From a virus (taxonomy: Duplodnaviria > Caudoviricetes): a DNA stretch of 64,000 bases. Both the position numbers and the translations under genes were made by a program. The notes under the pieces were generated by a model. That model worked only from the letters and a program-made list of their open reading frames with translations. It was not told the DNA's origin and did no database searches. The stretch covers positions 15,291-79,290 of the IMG/VR virus record IMGVR_UViG_3300037470_000577; one strand, given 5' to 3'. Shown one piece after another: positions 39,301 through 47,193 of the stretch. Numbering within the stretch: position 1 is the stretch's first letter; every line of letters starts with the position of its first letter.

Positions 39301-39407
39301 ATATCGTAGTCCGGCAGGTAGCGGAAGTAATGTTTGATTACCTGGGCAATGCCGTTGTCGTGGTTTGCCAGGTCGTGAAGATGGGGATACATGCGTACTT
39401 TAATCAT
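36339..39407 (-). CDS. multi-domain glycosyltransferase: GT-B (GT4-like) + two GT-A (GT2-like) + Cys-rich/HhH C-terminus
   Basis: RETFGIAPLEAMASGVP (GT4); VDIVIPCHN..FLDADD and VSIIIPVG..FVDADD (GT2 DxD); LLALPGVGQSTV HhH. Confidence 0.9.
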   Translation of the reverse strand: MIKVRMYPHLHDLANHDNGIAQVIKHYFRYLPDYDIELVDPMATSYDLEVAHAAAHPGAQVVHSHGNLWTGEMPQLGDAAHVVNRDLVRSYRLARQVTVPSPWVAMPFQRDMRVTPHIIPHGVEWEEWQHNETPAHILWAKNRATDGLDPSFINRLAKAFPSQKFISTLAGPNQPANLQVLGGAVPSGEMKRLIQQSLVFIASDRETFGIAPLEAMASGVPVLTVDAGEVPNFLLRPGKKAGWSYRDFDDAVMLLEDILYNRRDYSTWAKEIAKSYSWPGIVAQVATVYRLALQNEPPSVDIVIPCHNYHHTLERALQGAMGQSSAVKNIIVVDDSSDPGIQEIVAAQGDSRISYHRVEFGNVALARNYGARQGQSKYLAFLDADDNIEPGWSPILARELERDGTLGVAYTSMLGIDTVRGFQKDSMTGKIRWDDDGRVEDYEYNWPFPFDYQKQLAHINQVPSGCMIRRKAFERAGGYMPLYAPDGAGSEDAELWLRLGAMGWGASYVVDRDRPSRWLHYSGVGHVSGKMGYEEPDWTLEHPWTSGGVHPFASIAQPVNGIAHPVYSYEKPEVSIIIPVGPGHEGLLVNCLHCIEGQTMREWAAVVVWDGVENETAKAYYRTAFPFVTYLETDGVGAGAARNAGVGQAKGAMLAFVDADDRILPEYLAKHYRRFQETGKIPYSDFIALVDEQYADSYGPPAAKIAGGKAYIPDKVPEWRCEKATAFPQGPIPYTAAGTNILIPREWMIPFDETLETWEDNLLILQLSWSGRQFTKIAEPLWIYDLASGRRRIQEPDVYARSLTYIQQKFNEVERMCNCDNDEKQPGPPAPMEMSAMDVIYQGFGGEQWLVGAETGKRYTRVTKGDVVKNVDSQDVRAQVQIFACAYCRRPLQFNRETAWCDCGGQPRHTEQVAPAPRLEPVAQPEPVERKTVNGYDPVDLIQQRREAYQAKQREREAPKPIVVEEPLSRLPINFRSLKALEEKGITTLAQAQALGPDGLLALPGVGQSTVDLVFGSEVHAA

Positions 39408-39692
39408 TTACCACGTAGCCAATTCGATGTCGGGGTCTGCCGCGCCATCTCCAAGAACTTCCTTAGCATTACCGGTTAGCAGAACCGGAGGCTGGGAGGT
39501 GCCAAGAATAGCCAGATATACTCTACCACCAAGCAAGATTTTCATCCGCTCCAGGAGGGAGGGTTTCCAGCAAGAAACAAGGGCGGGGCTGGTGTTGTAC
39601 TGGATACGTAAAACGTGCATATTGCCGATATTCCTATCCTCGTCTCCCGTATAGGTTGTTTGTTGTTTATGAAAACTGATTGGTTTCATCAC
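39408..39692 (-). CDS. conserved phage hypothetical protein
   Basis: VSCWKPS..ER.KIL.GG.VYL...G..QPPV. Confidence 0.7.
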   Translation of the reverse strand: MMKPISFHKQQTTYTGDEDRNIGNMHVLRIQYNTSPALVSCWKPSLLERMKILLGGRVYLAILGTSQPPVLLTGNAKEVLGDGAADPDIELATW

Positions 39693-39946
39693 GCCTCTCT
39701 TTTATTCGGCCTCGGCTTGCGCGGTTTCCTGCGCTTCACCAGCCCTAATTCCGACAGCCTCTCCGCACTCAACTGCCCAATATCGCTGCCGGGTTCAACG
39801 ATGGTAACAGAGAAGTCGGCATAGGGAACGGATGCGGCCCAGGCCCACACCGCTTCCTGAATTTCGTCCGGCTTGTCATGGTAGATAATGATGATGTCGC
39901 CGTCCTGGGGACGGATTACCTTGCCGTTAAGAATAAGGTCACTCAT
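39689..39946 (-). CDS. hypothetical protein
   Basis: coupled; basic tail. Confidence 0.6.
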   Translation of the reverse strand: MSDLILNGKVIRPQDGDIIIIYHDKPDEIQEAVWAWAASVPYADFSVTIVEPGSDIGQLSAERLSELGLVKRRKPRKPRPNKREA

Positions 39947-40454
39947 TGCCCATCCCTGTCCAATAAAAGGCTTCTTTTTCCATCTCGTCCAAAATAGAGA
40001 GACAATCGCTCGGTGTTAAATATTTGCCCGTCACTCTTTGCTGATTAAGCTCGCGTAATCCAGCCGCTTGGTTAGCACGTTTCCCGAACTCAATTGTCCA
40101 CACCGGAAGGTCGTATGTTCGTTGGCCTACAACTAACTTACCATCGTGGATTTTGCCGTCTGTGTCATAAGAATAAGAATCAAGTTCGTACATCAGATAA
40201 AGCAACAGAGGATTATCAAGTTTGGCAGTCTTAACCTGGAGCCACCTTCTAAAATTTCCAATTGACCAATGAATAGGGTTATAGGATTCCGCCTCCATCT
40301 TCATGCTATATGTCGTTCCGATTCCCAGGTGGTCAACATCCATCTCCCGGTCTAGCAGGGATACGGCAGTTCGATAATCGCTCTCGCTTTCAAAGTAGAA
40401 AATCGCAGCGTATTTTTCCGTGACGGTTACACCAATAGTAGTTTCTTGTGCCAT
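39939..40454 (-). CDS. hypothetical protein
   Basis: AT-richer ORF in cassette. Confidence 0.6.
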   Translation of the reverse strand: MAQETTIGVTVTEKYAAIFYFESESDYRTAVSLLDREMDVDHLGIGTTYSMKMEAESYNPIHWSIGNFRRWLQVKTAKLDNPLLLYLMYELDSYSYDTDGKIHDGKLVVGQRTYDLPVWTIEFGKRANQAAGLRELNQQRVTGKYLTPSDCLSILDEMEKEAFYWTGMGNE

Positions 40455-40733
40455 CTAATTCACCACTCTCTTCTCTGCCCTATAGATAGGGTTAAAGTCC
40501 TTATCTGGTTCCAAATGCCAATCGTACTTTTGGTCGGATACGGGGGTCTCGACAGATTCATACAGATCGTTAAACGCTATCTCTTCAACAAACCATGTCT
40601 TACCGCCACTTCTTACCCGCCAGTCTCCAGGGGAATACCTAAATTCTGAACCACTTTCCAAATCAATAAAGGTTCCTCCCTCGTCAACTTGTTCGGCAAA
40701 TACAGTATGCGGCCTTCTTCGGTACGGTTCCAT
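40455..40733 (-). CDS. small phage protein (Y.R.P..V.A.Q...PGDW..F...YE type)
   Basis: motif common in phage accessory genes. Confidence 0.65.
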   Translation of the reverse strand: MEPYRRRPHTVFAEQVDEGGTFIDLESGSEFRYSPGDWRVRSGGKTWFVEEIAFNDLYESVETPVSDQKYDWHLEPDKDFNPIYRAEKRVVN

Positions 40734-40734
40734 A

Positions 40735-41427
40735 TTAGTTCACCACCAATCCCTTGCCTATCTGATTAGACATCCCGATGTGCGCCCATTGATATTTATT
40801 TAACCCATACATGGGAATGAACACCGATGGCCCGTTGTCGCCCAGTCCCCGTTTCTTCTCGATAAAGCGGGAACAGAACGCCATCTCCGTCTCGCCCAAC
40901 GGCAAACTCTCATCGTACCAGCCGTAGTAATCGGTGTGAAACTGCCTGACCTTGAGATGAGGACGATTGGAAGTCACATACAATTCATTATAGGGCAGGA
41001 GTTCCCAATAGTCACCCCATGCCTGGGCCGCGAATTTATAATGCTTGTCCGGCTCAATGCACTCGCCCATATAATAGCGCACCCAACCGAAGCGCGGCTC
41101 GTTGTTCAGGCGGCGGGCGGCGTCGTTGAGGTCAAGAGGCTGGGTCAGTATGTGATCGTCGTCCATCTGAAACAGGAGGTCGGTGCTGGCCGTTTCAATC
41201 AGGCGGTTGAGATTTGCGCCTAACCCCCGCTTGGGGCCAGGAACAATGTGTACCCTATCATCCAGGACGGCAATCTCGTCCAGGCTTTCCGCGCCATCAT
41301 TGCCAATCAGGTAGTGGATGTGGCCTAACTCGTAGCGGACATTGGCTCCAAATTGGGCAACGGCTAAGGCAACGGTGCTGGGCCGGTTGTAGGTGGGGAT
41401 GAGGACGGTGATGTCGAGGTCAGCCAT
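40735..41427 (-). CDS. GT2-family glycosyltransferase
   Basis: VLIPTYNRP, IGNDG, GLGANLN, QMDDD. Confidence 0.88.
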   Translation of the reverse strand: MADLDITVLIPTYNRPSTVALAVAQFGANVRYELGHIHYLIGNDGAESLDEIAVLDDRVHIVPGPKRGLGANLNRLIETASTDLLFQMDDDHILTQPLDLNDAARRLNNEPRFGWVRYYMGECIEPDKHYKFAAQAWGDYWELLPYNELYVTSNRPHLKVRQFHTDYYGWYDESLPLGETEMAFCSRFIEKKRGLGDNGPSVFIPMYGLNKYQWAHIGMSNQIGKGLVVN

Positions 41428-41716
41428 CTACATATCCTGTTGTAAGCAAGGCATCCAGCCCCGGAAATTCGTTGCCGGTATCAACTCGCCCTGGAGCACC
41501 GTGCCAGAGATAGCTGGTTTTCATCTCTGCTTGGTGGTCACTTTCCAGGATGGCGAACAAGCGTCGATACTTCTTGCCGGTTTTTTCCGTCTCCCGAACG
41601 CTTCCATGAAGAAGAGTGCGAACGACCTCTCTTTCTCCGCGAAGAAAAAGGCGGGTCATTCGTTCCTTATTTCTTTTCAAGATAACCTCCGGCTTGTCTA
41701 TGTCAAGATGGGTCAT
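41420..41716 (-). CDS. hypothetical protein
   Basis: start re-assigned to ATG 41716 with GAGG SD. Confidence 0.5.
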   Translation of the reverse strand: MTHLDIDKPEVILKRNKERMTRLFLRGEREVVRTLLHGSVRETEKTGKKYRRLFAILESDHQAEMKTSYLWHGAPGRVDTGNEFPGLDALLTTGYVDG

Positions 41717-42383
41717 ATCTAAACCTCGTGATGTCGTCAGTGAAAAACGTCTCCACTTCTGCAATCTGTTCGGCTGTCAGCGCCTCGCGCCACTGCCCTA
41801 TTTCGCCAGAATAGATGTGACGGGGCGACATGAAGTGCCGTTCGTTCTGGTCCAGTGCCATCCCCGCCCGTATCCGATTGGCCTCCCTACCCCACTTGCG
41901 GGCGATGTATTCGGCAAGGTCAGAATGAAGGTGAAAGTCCATGTAGCTGCCAACCACCTTAACAAACCGGGTCGGATCGGCCATCATATCTTCGTAACGA
42001 AGATACTCTGCTCCGGGGCCAATCCCATAAACATAGCCAGACTTGGTTTCCCACGAACTGAGCGCCGCACTCCAGTTCTGCACTGCCCTACTTGCCATCG
42101 TGCCTTCAAATGTATTTTGCTGAAAGTGCACGAGCGAGACGAATACATCTCTTGGATCGCGGACGGTCACAACAGCCCGATAGTCAAAACCCTTTAGCGC
42201 CGGATGCCACTCATGCAATTTGATGACTACGCCATTCGGCTCGCTCTCCCACCCGCGCACCATATCGGCGTCGATGCCGAATGGCCTAACCACTCGCCCG
42301 CCGTGTAGGAGAACAATTTCGCCCATGACCTGGTAGAGAAAGGTCGAAGCGGTTTTCATGGGGCCACCGGCAATATAGAGCAT
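41703..42383 (-). CDS. sulfotransferase (PAPS-dependent)
   Basis: 5'-PSB GPMKTASTFL, KLH, 3'-PB VRDPRDVFVS, LRYEDM, G..GQWR. Confidence 0.9.
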   Translation of the reverse strand: MLYIAGGPMKTASTFLYQVMGEIVLLHGGRVVRPFGIDADMVRGWESEPNGVVIKLHEWHPALKGFDYRAVVTVRDPRDVFVSLVHFQQNTFEGTMASRAVQNWSAALSSWETKSGYVYGIGPGAEYLRYEDMMADPTRFVKVVGSYMDFHLHSDLAEYIARKWGREANRIRAGMALDQNERHFMSPRHIYSGEIGQWREALTAEQIAEVETFFTDDITRFRYDPS

Positions 42384-42384
42384 T

Positions 42385-42561
42385 TTAGATGACCCTCTGG
42401 TAAATCAACCTTTTTCGCAGCTCATGAACCTCTGCCTCCAGCTTTTCAACCCTTTCCTTAATGCTTGGTGGTTCTTCGCTAAACATCCTGACAACATCAT
42501 TTCCATCGTCGTCGGTGACAACTTCACCAATTACAACGCCGGCCATATATTCCATACCCAT
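42385..42561 (-). CDS. small coiled-coil protein (58 aa)
   Basis: read manually; fills the gap exactly. Confidence 0.5.
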   Translation of the reverse strand: MGMEYMAGVVIGEVVTDDDGNDVVRMFSEEPPSIKERVEKLEAEVHELRKRLIYQRVI

Positions 42562-42574
42562 CTTCTTTCGTCCA

Positions 42575-42829
42575 TTATTTTAATTTCCTCAGAAGTTCCT
42601 TCTCGTAAACAGTCATTTCCAACACCGCTCTGATATTATGACCAGTGAGCGATTGGTATGCTTCCGCAAGCCTCTCGCACAATTCCGTATAGTTCTCCAC
42701 CGTATTCGATAATTCTTCTCTATCGGCATCGTGTTGGATTAGCCGGTCGGCATACTCTTGTCTAAGTTCCTCGAATTTTTCAAACTCCTTGTATATGGAG
42801 TCTGTGATTTGTGCATCTAACTTGTCCAC
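42575..42829 (-). CDS. coiled-coil hypothetical protein
   Basis: AGGAG SD. Confidence 0.6.
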   Translation of the reverse strand: MDKLDAQITDSIYKEFEKFEELRQEYADRLIQHDADREELSNTVENYTELCERLAEAYQSLTGHNIRAVLEMTVYEKELLRKLK

Positions 42830-42834
42830 GATAT

Positions 42835-43374
42835 TTACACCATTCTCCTAAACGACCGAATCGTACAGGCTCTCTCCAGTTCTACGAACCTATCACCATT
42901 GGCTGCATACCAATCCGAGACAACTTCATTCACTTCGGGACAGATGTGGTGCGGTTTGTTGGGGTCGCAGGAACCGTAGTCGCTACAATCGTGGAAGGCA
43001 ACCACGCCATTGACGGTCAGACGGTCAATCCACCCCAGGTCTAATGTCACCCCCTGCCTGGAATGGTCGCCGTCTATAAACAACAAGTCAATGTCGCCAA
43101 CGAAGGTTTGGAGAACATCGTGCGAACGGCCCTCGACCAGATAGAAGTTGCGGTTGGGATATTTCGGCCCCGCATAGCGGGCTAGGGAAATGTCTATGCC
43201 GGTGACAGAGACGGAGGGTTTAGCGCCATCGGTCAGGCAGACCATTGACTTACCAAATTCGATTCCAATATTAACAATACTTCCATTCTCTGGTACTTCC
43301 CCGGCAAGTTTATATAACCGTTTTGCCTCAACCTCTTGAAGATACCCTCTCGCTTTTAGGTGTCTGTCACTCAC
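42835..43374 (-). CDS. class I SAM-dependent methyltransferase (Methyltransf_24-like)
   Basis: IVNIGIEFGKS, GID, IDLLFIDGDHS, VVAFHD. Confidence 0.88.
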   Translation of the reverse strand: MSDRHLKARGYLQEVEAKRLYKLAGEVPENGSIVNIGIEFGKSMVCLTDGAKPSVSVTGIDISLARYAGPKYPNRNFYLVEGRSHDVLQTFVGDIDLLFIDGDHSRQGVTLDLGWIDRLTVNGVVAFHDCSDYGSCDPNKPHHICPEVNEVVSDWYAANGDRFVELERACTIRSFRRMV

Positions 43375-43670
43375 TCTGTAGCTCCTTTACTTGGGAAAAA
43401 GTATTTCTCAGGCTCTTCATTCCAATTAACACCTTCTATCTGGTTTGGCGTAACCACTTTCCCTTTGATAATGAAAAAGCGGTCTCCGTATCCAGAGAAC
43501 CTACTAAGTCCAAGATAGCCCGTCGCTTTGATTGGATGAAGCGGTGCTTCTTCGGTAGCGTGACTGAGTTCATTGACGAGAGAATCCTCTTCACGCACTA
43601 AGACAATGCCAGCACTAGGAGAGATAACGAAATATACATCTTCTTTTTCAAATGTTGGTCTGTCAGACAT
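43371..43670 (-). CDS. hypothetical protein
   Basis: coupled. Confidence 0.55.
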   Translation of the reverse strand: MSDRPTFEKEDVYFVISPSAGIVLVREEDSLVNELSHATEEAPLHPIKATGYLGLSRFSGYGDRFFIIKGKVVTPNQIEGVNWNEEPEKYFFPSKGATE

Positions 43671-43863
43671 ATTCTATCTCTACCTCCAGTGGGTCAATCG
43701 TCTCGTTCTCAAAATATATACGAACAACCTGCCTACCCTGCCGGGCAAGGTCATTGTGGATTAGTTGGCGGATGTAGGCCACCAGTGACAGGTCGCGCTC
43801 GCCCGCTCGCTCAGTTGCCGCTTCGTGCAACTCATCTTCTAATCGTACAGAGAAAGATACCAT
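43663..43863 (-). CDS. ribbon-helix-helix (CopG/Arc-like) regulator, probably leaderless
   Basis: SFSVRLEDELHEAATERA...SLVAYIRQLI. Confidence 0.8.
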   Translation of the reverse strand: MVSFSVRLEDELHEAATERAGERDLSLVAYIRQLIHNDLARQGRQVVRIYFENETIDPLEVEIEYV

Positions 43864-43869
43864 AACCTG

Positions 43870-43898
43870 ATTCTATCTGGCAAGGTTTACGGTGTCAA
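43870..43898 (-). promoter_or_regulatory. sigma70-type promoter TTGACA-17-TAGAAT, 6 nt before the ATG of the RHH gene
   Basis: near-consensus hexamers with 17-bp spacer. Confidence 0.85.
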
Positions 43899-43942
43899 GT
43901 TGGTGCAAATATGAGAGCGTTGTGAGCGACGGTTGGCAGTGG

Positions 43943-43970
43943 AGGATGTCGTGCTATAATGTTCATGTTT
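43943..43970 (+). promoter_or_regulatory. divergent promoter TTGGCA-16-TATAAT with extended TG
   Basis: TGCTATAAT at 43962-43970. Confidence 0.7.
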
Positions 43971-43976
43971 GTTCTC

Positions 43977-44235
43977 TGCGGCGGGAAGGTAGGAGTCCCC
44001 CTAGCTCCTACCTTCCCGCCCACCTAAAAACATTCGCTGGCAGTAACAGTAATAGGGGGCCAAAACGTTCTCATATCCTTCTTCCAAAGTAAAAGAGCTA
44101 TCCTATATGGATAGCTCTTTTACGTAAAGGAGAACTACATGAGAAGTAGTTGGGCGGACGGACAAACCATAACCCATTTGCCGGGACGTGTCAATAAAAA
44201 AGAGAGTGGCATAAAAACCACTCTCTTTTTATTTA
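43977..44235 (+). ncRNA. putative structured intergenic RNA (16-bp hairpin/pseudoknot, 15-bp hairpin, optional 33-aa ORF at 44139-44240)
   Basis: promoter upstream, terminator downstream, two perfect stems, loop-downstream 7-bp complementarity. Confidence 0.5.
44197..44230. terminator. bidirectional intrinsic terminator after the major capsid gene
   Basis: aaaaagagagtgg / ccactctcttttt, A- and T-tracts on both sides. Confidence 0.8.
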
Positions 44236-44281
44236 AATAATCAGGATAAGAATTTGAATAAAACTCTTATCGTTGCGATTT

Positions 44282-45796
44282 TTATAGCCAAGCAGCGTAA
44301 GCTGTTGGGCCTGCCGGTGAACGTCCAGGGGTTGAAACGCCACCATTGACCCAATAATTTGAGTCTGGATGCGGGTCGCGCAGCGGTGCATTCTGGCGGG
44401 CATATTTGAGCCGGATAACTCTGAAACCAAGATGGGGTGTCCGTACCACAACACGGGGCGCGGTCGTCATCTTCAACTTGAAGCAGGTGAACTTGCCATC
44501 TTGCGACCACAGGAACCGACCGCCATCTGTTGACCAATTGATGAGATTGGCCGGAAGTCCGGCTGCCTGGGCATTAATATCTGCATAGTTGAGATACTGC
44601 CAATAAGTGACGGGCATACCGCCTGCCGAGAGGGGGATGAAGTTGAAGGATGAGGCAAACTCGCCCATGCCCAAGCCGGGATTGGAGGCGCTATTCTCTT
44701 CCGGGATGCCATGATCAATGACGACATTGTAGCGCCGACCGTTGATGTCGATGTACAGCCCGGCTCGCATCGCATCCCGCTCCTGAACGTTGGTTCTGGC
44801 GTCGATCATCACGCGAGCATTACTACCGGCAATGACGGCCATATCGGGCTGCGTGTTGTAGGCGATGGGCCAGACGCTTGTTAGAACGCGCCATAGCTGG
44901 GGCCGAACGGCAACGACGAAATCGGCCGGGTCCATACCGGTGTCCATCGCCAGATTAAAGGCGAAATCTTCCGCCTCTTCGATGGGGGCCACAACGTCAA
45001 AGGCTGAACCAACGGTCTGGTAATTGACGTTGATAATGGTTGTATCAGCCGAGGGTAGCGCCTTGCCACTAATTTCGGCATCGACCTGCCCGGTTACAAG
45101 CTGGGATTCCAGACCTGGGAACTCAGCATAGCCGCCCAGCGTCTTAACCGCCACATTGCCTGTCCAGAGCATCTTATTCAGCTTGCGCTCCATCCGAACG
45201 CCGGTCTGGAGTTGTTCGGCCTGAACAACCAGGTTCAGGATGTTGGCCTGATTCAGATTGGTGGGATAGCCAATGCCCCGGTTCTCATCATTCAGAAGCG
45301 AGCCAACGAGCATTAAGTCAGTGAAGTCGCCCCGGTTAATCTTGGTGATAGTTTGGGTGATCTCGATATTCTCGGTGTCGCGGGAAACAACGCCGAAACG
45401 GGCGGTCAACGTCCCTGATTTGATGTAGCCCGATGGCGCATCATCGCAGGGGTAGGTTGGTTCGCCGCCCTGATCATCGGAGATACCGGTCAAGAGACCG
45501 AACATCGGGTTGGTATCGTTGGACGGGAAGGCTTGCAGCAGGGAGCCAAGTCCTCTGGCCCGAACATGAGTAGAGATAACGGCATTGTCCAGTCCTGGGG
45601 TGTTGAACAACCCGCCCGGCCCGTGCAGCAGTGTGCCGGTATGGGCATTGACAACATCACGGGACAAGGCATTACCGCCATATTGATGTAGACCCTGCAT
45701 GATGTCTAACCCGCCACCAACGTCACGACCGCGCCGGGCAGACATTTCCAGGTGACGAGCAACTTCTTTAGCGAGGGCTTCGATTTCGCCAGCCAT
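44282..45796 (-). CDS. major capsid protein
   Basis: 504 aa after protease and scaffold, strong SD, followed by terminator. Confidence 0.8.
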   Translation of the reverse strand: MAGEIEALAKEVARHLEMSARRGRDVGGGLDIMQGLHQYGGNALSRDVVNAHTGTLLHGPGGLFNTPGLDNAVISTHVRARGLGSLLQAFPSNDTNPMFGLLTGISDDQGGEPTYPCDDAPSGYIKSGTLTARFGVVSRDTENIEITQTITKINRGDFTDLMLVGSLLNDENRGIGYPTNLNQANILNLVVQAEQLQTGVRMERKLNKMLWTGNVAVKTLGGYAEFPGLESQLVTGQVDAEISGKALPSADTTIINVNYQTVGSAFDVVAPIEEAEDFAFNLAMDTGMDPADFVVAVRPQLWRVLTSVWPIAYNTQPDMAVIAGSNARVMIDARTNVQERDAMRAGLYIDINGRRYNVVIDHGIPEENSASNPGLGMGEFASSFNFIPLSAGGMPVTYWQYLNYADINAQAAGLPANLINWSTDGGRFLWSQDGKFTCFKLKMTTAPRVVVRTPHLGFRVIRLKYARQNAPLRDPHPDSNYWVNGGVSTPGRSPAGPTAYAAWL

Positions 45797-45797
45797 G

Positions 45798-46421
45798 TTA
45801 TTTCCCTCCTTTGATTTGGGCGTCCAGTACAGGAATGCCGGTTAAGCCGCGCGATAAACCATTCATATTTATCGGGCGATCATCTTCTGTCTCGAACGGT
45901 TTCTTGTCCAGCAGCCCATTGTGTCGGGCCAGGTTGCCGTCAGGCTTATCCTCGCGCAGCAGTCGTTCGGCAATAATGGCCTGGAGCGATGCAGGTGGAA
46001 GCTCTTCTTTGGCGCGAGAAATCTTTTCGCTGTCGTCCGCCTCCAAAGCATCCAACCGCTGGGAGATTTGTTCGAGCGACTTCACAATTTGAGGCAGTAA
46101 GCTCAGGGCGTCCTCGGAACCTTTTACCAGTTCCACAACGACATCAGCCACTTCCTCCCTGGTGACATAGGCAGGCACTTCCTTCTCTACCACGTCCTCT
46201 TCTTTTTCATCCTCATCGGGCGGCATGTCTGCTTTTTCGACAGGGACTTCTTGCTTTTTAGTAGCCATAATAATTGCAACCTCCTTTCTTGGTGCATTTT
46301 GGGCATTAGCGTCCTCGTCGAAGTCCGCAATTGCCATATCCAATTCATTTAGCGGTTCTCTAAAACCCGATTTTTGGAACCAGTCATCTTTGTGTTGGGG
46401 AATTTTCATTTTGCCATCCAT
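45798..46421 (-). CDS. capsid scaffold protein
   Basis: acidic, helical, between protease and MCP. Confidence 0.65.
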   Translation of the reverse strand: MDGKMKIPQHKDDWFQKSGFREPLNELDMAIADFDEDANAQNAPRKEVAIIMATKKQEVPVEKADMPPDEDEKEEDVVEKEVPAYVTREEVADVVVELVKGSEDALSLLPQIVKSLEQISQRLDALEADDSEKISRAKEELPPASLQAIIAERLLREDKPDGNLARHNGLLDKKPFETEDDRPINMNGLSRGLTGIPVLDAQIKGGK

Positions 46422-47110
46422 GCTGTTCTGTGGTTAGCGGCGAATTTAACGGGGAGAACAGAGAACTCCTCTGATAAATACCAGGTGATAATCTGCTCGT
46501 CGTGGGGGTCTACGCCGTACAAACCAGCCGGTACGCCATGACTCATACCTAACGGCTCGTCCACTTTTGAAAACAGTTCAAACCACCTGGCATATTTTGC
46601 ACCGGGCTTCTGAACGCCTGCCGTAATGGGAAAGCCCCGCTCGTCGTAGGCCATCATCAAGGTATCGCCAATGGGATAGGGTAGATGCCAGGGCCAGAGT
46701 TCGGGAGCGGGCTTGCCAAATATCTCTCTGTAAAAACCGCTGTCTACGGCAGATACCATAAAGCGGTGGGCGTCGGCGGAAATGATGTGCTGGGGATAGC
46801 CCTCGTCCTGAATGTTATTGGACGGAATGCCGATCCAGTTCCATAGGCCGCTATCGCTGTCCCGCCACATGGCGGTTGAGGCTTTGTCACGGGTCATAAT
46901 GGCATTGGCGGTATCGGCGTCTACCGGGGTCTGCTCCAGCGCCACACCAACGGCTGTGCCAAAGTTGTCTAACATCTCGCCTATCAGTCCCGATAATGAG
47001 ATGCGGGTCGGACGGTCGATTACCCCGCGCCCGAATAACTGGTCGGCAGCAACGGTAAATGATTCGTGAATACGGGCTTCCAGGACGTTGCGAACGTTTG
47101 TATTTATCAT
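46406..47110 (-). CDS. prohead maturation protease (HK97/herpes-type fold)
   Basis: LWPWH..YPIG, GMSHG and EFSVLP...AN..T motifs; start re-assigned to ATG 47110. Confidence 0.7.
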   Translation of the reverse strand: MINTNVRNVLEARIHESFTVAADQLFGRGVIDRPTRISLSGLIGEMLDNFGTAVGVALEQTPVDADTANAIMTRDKASTAMWRDSDSGLWNWIGIPSNNIQDEGYPQHIISADAHRFMVSAVDSGFYREIFGKPAPELWPWHLPYPIGDTLMMAYDERGFPITAGVQKPGAKYARWFELFSKVDEPLGMSHGVPAGLYGVDPHDEQIITWYLSEEFSVLPVKFAANHRTAWMAK

Positions 47111-47122
47111 GCAGTAGACAAC

Positions 47123-47156
47123 AAAAAAGGGCTGCGAGATGGAAGTCTCGCAGCCC
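47123..47156 (-). terminator. intrinsic terminator-like hairpin (11-bp stem + T6) 12 nt before the protease ATG
   Basis: gggctgcgaga/tctcgcagccc, with A6 at 47123-47128 on +. Confidence 0.8.
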
Positions 47157-47193
47157 AAGTAAGAACTGTTAATTGGGGACAGTATATATCAGG

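Noticed and set aside
43892-44092. 66-aa + strand ORF across the intergenic structured region
   Set aside because: Starts within the promoter region, has no SD and overlaps the stems; the RNA interpretation fits better.
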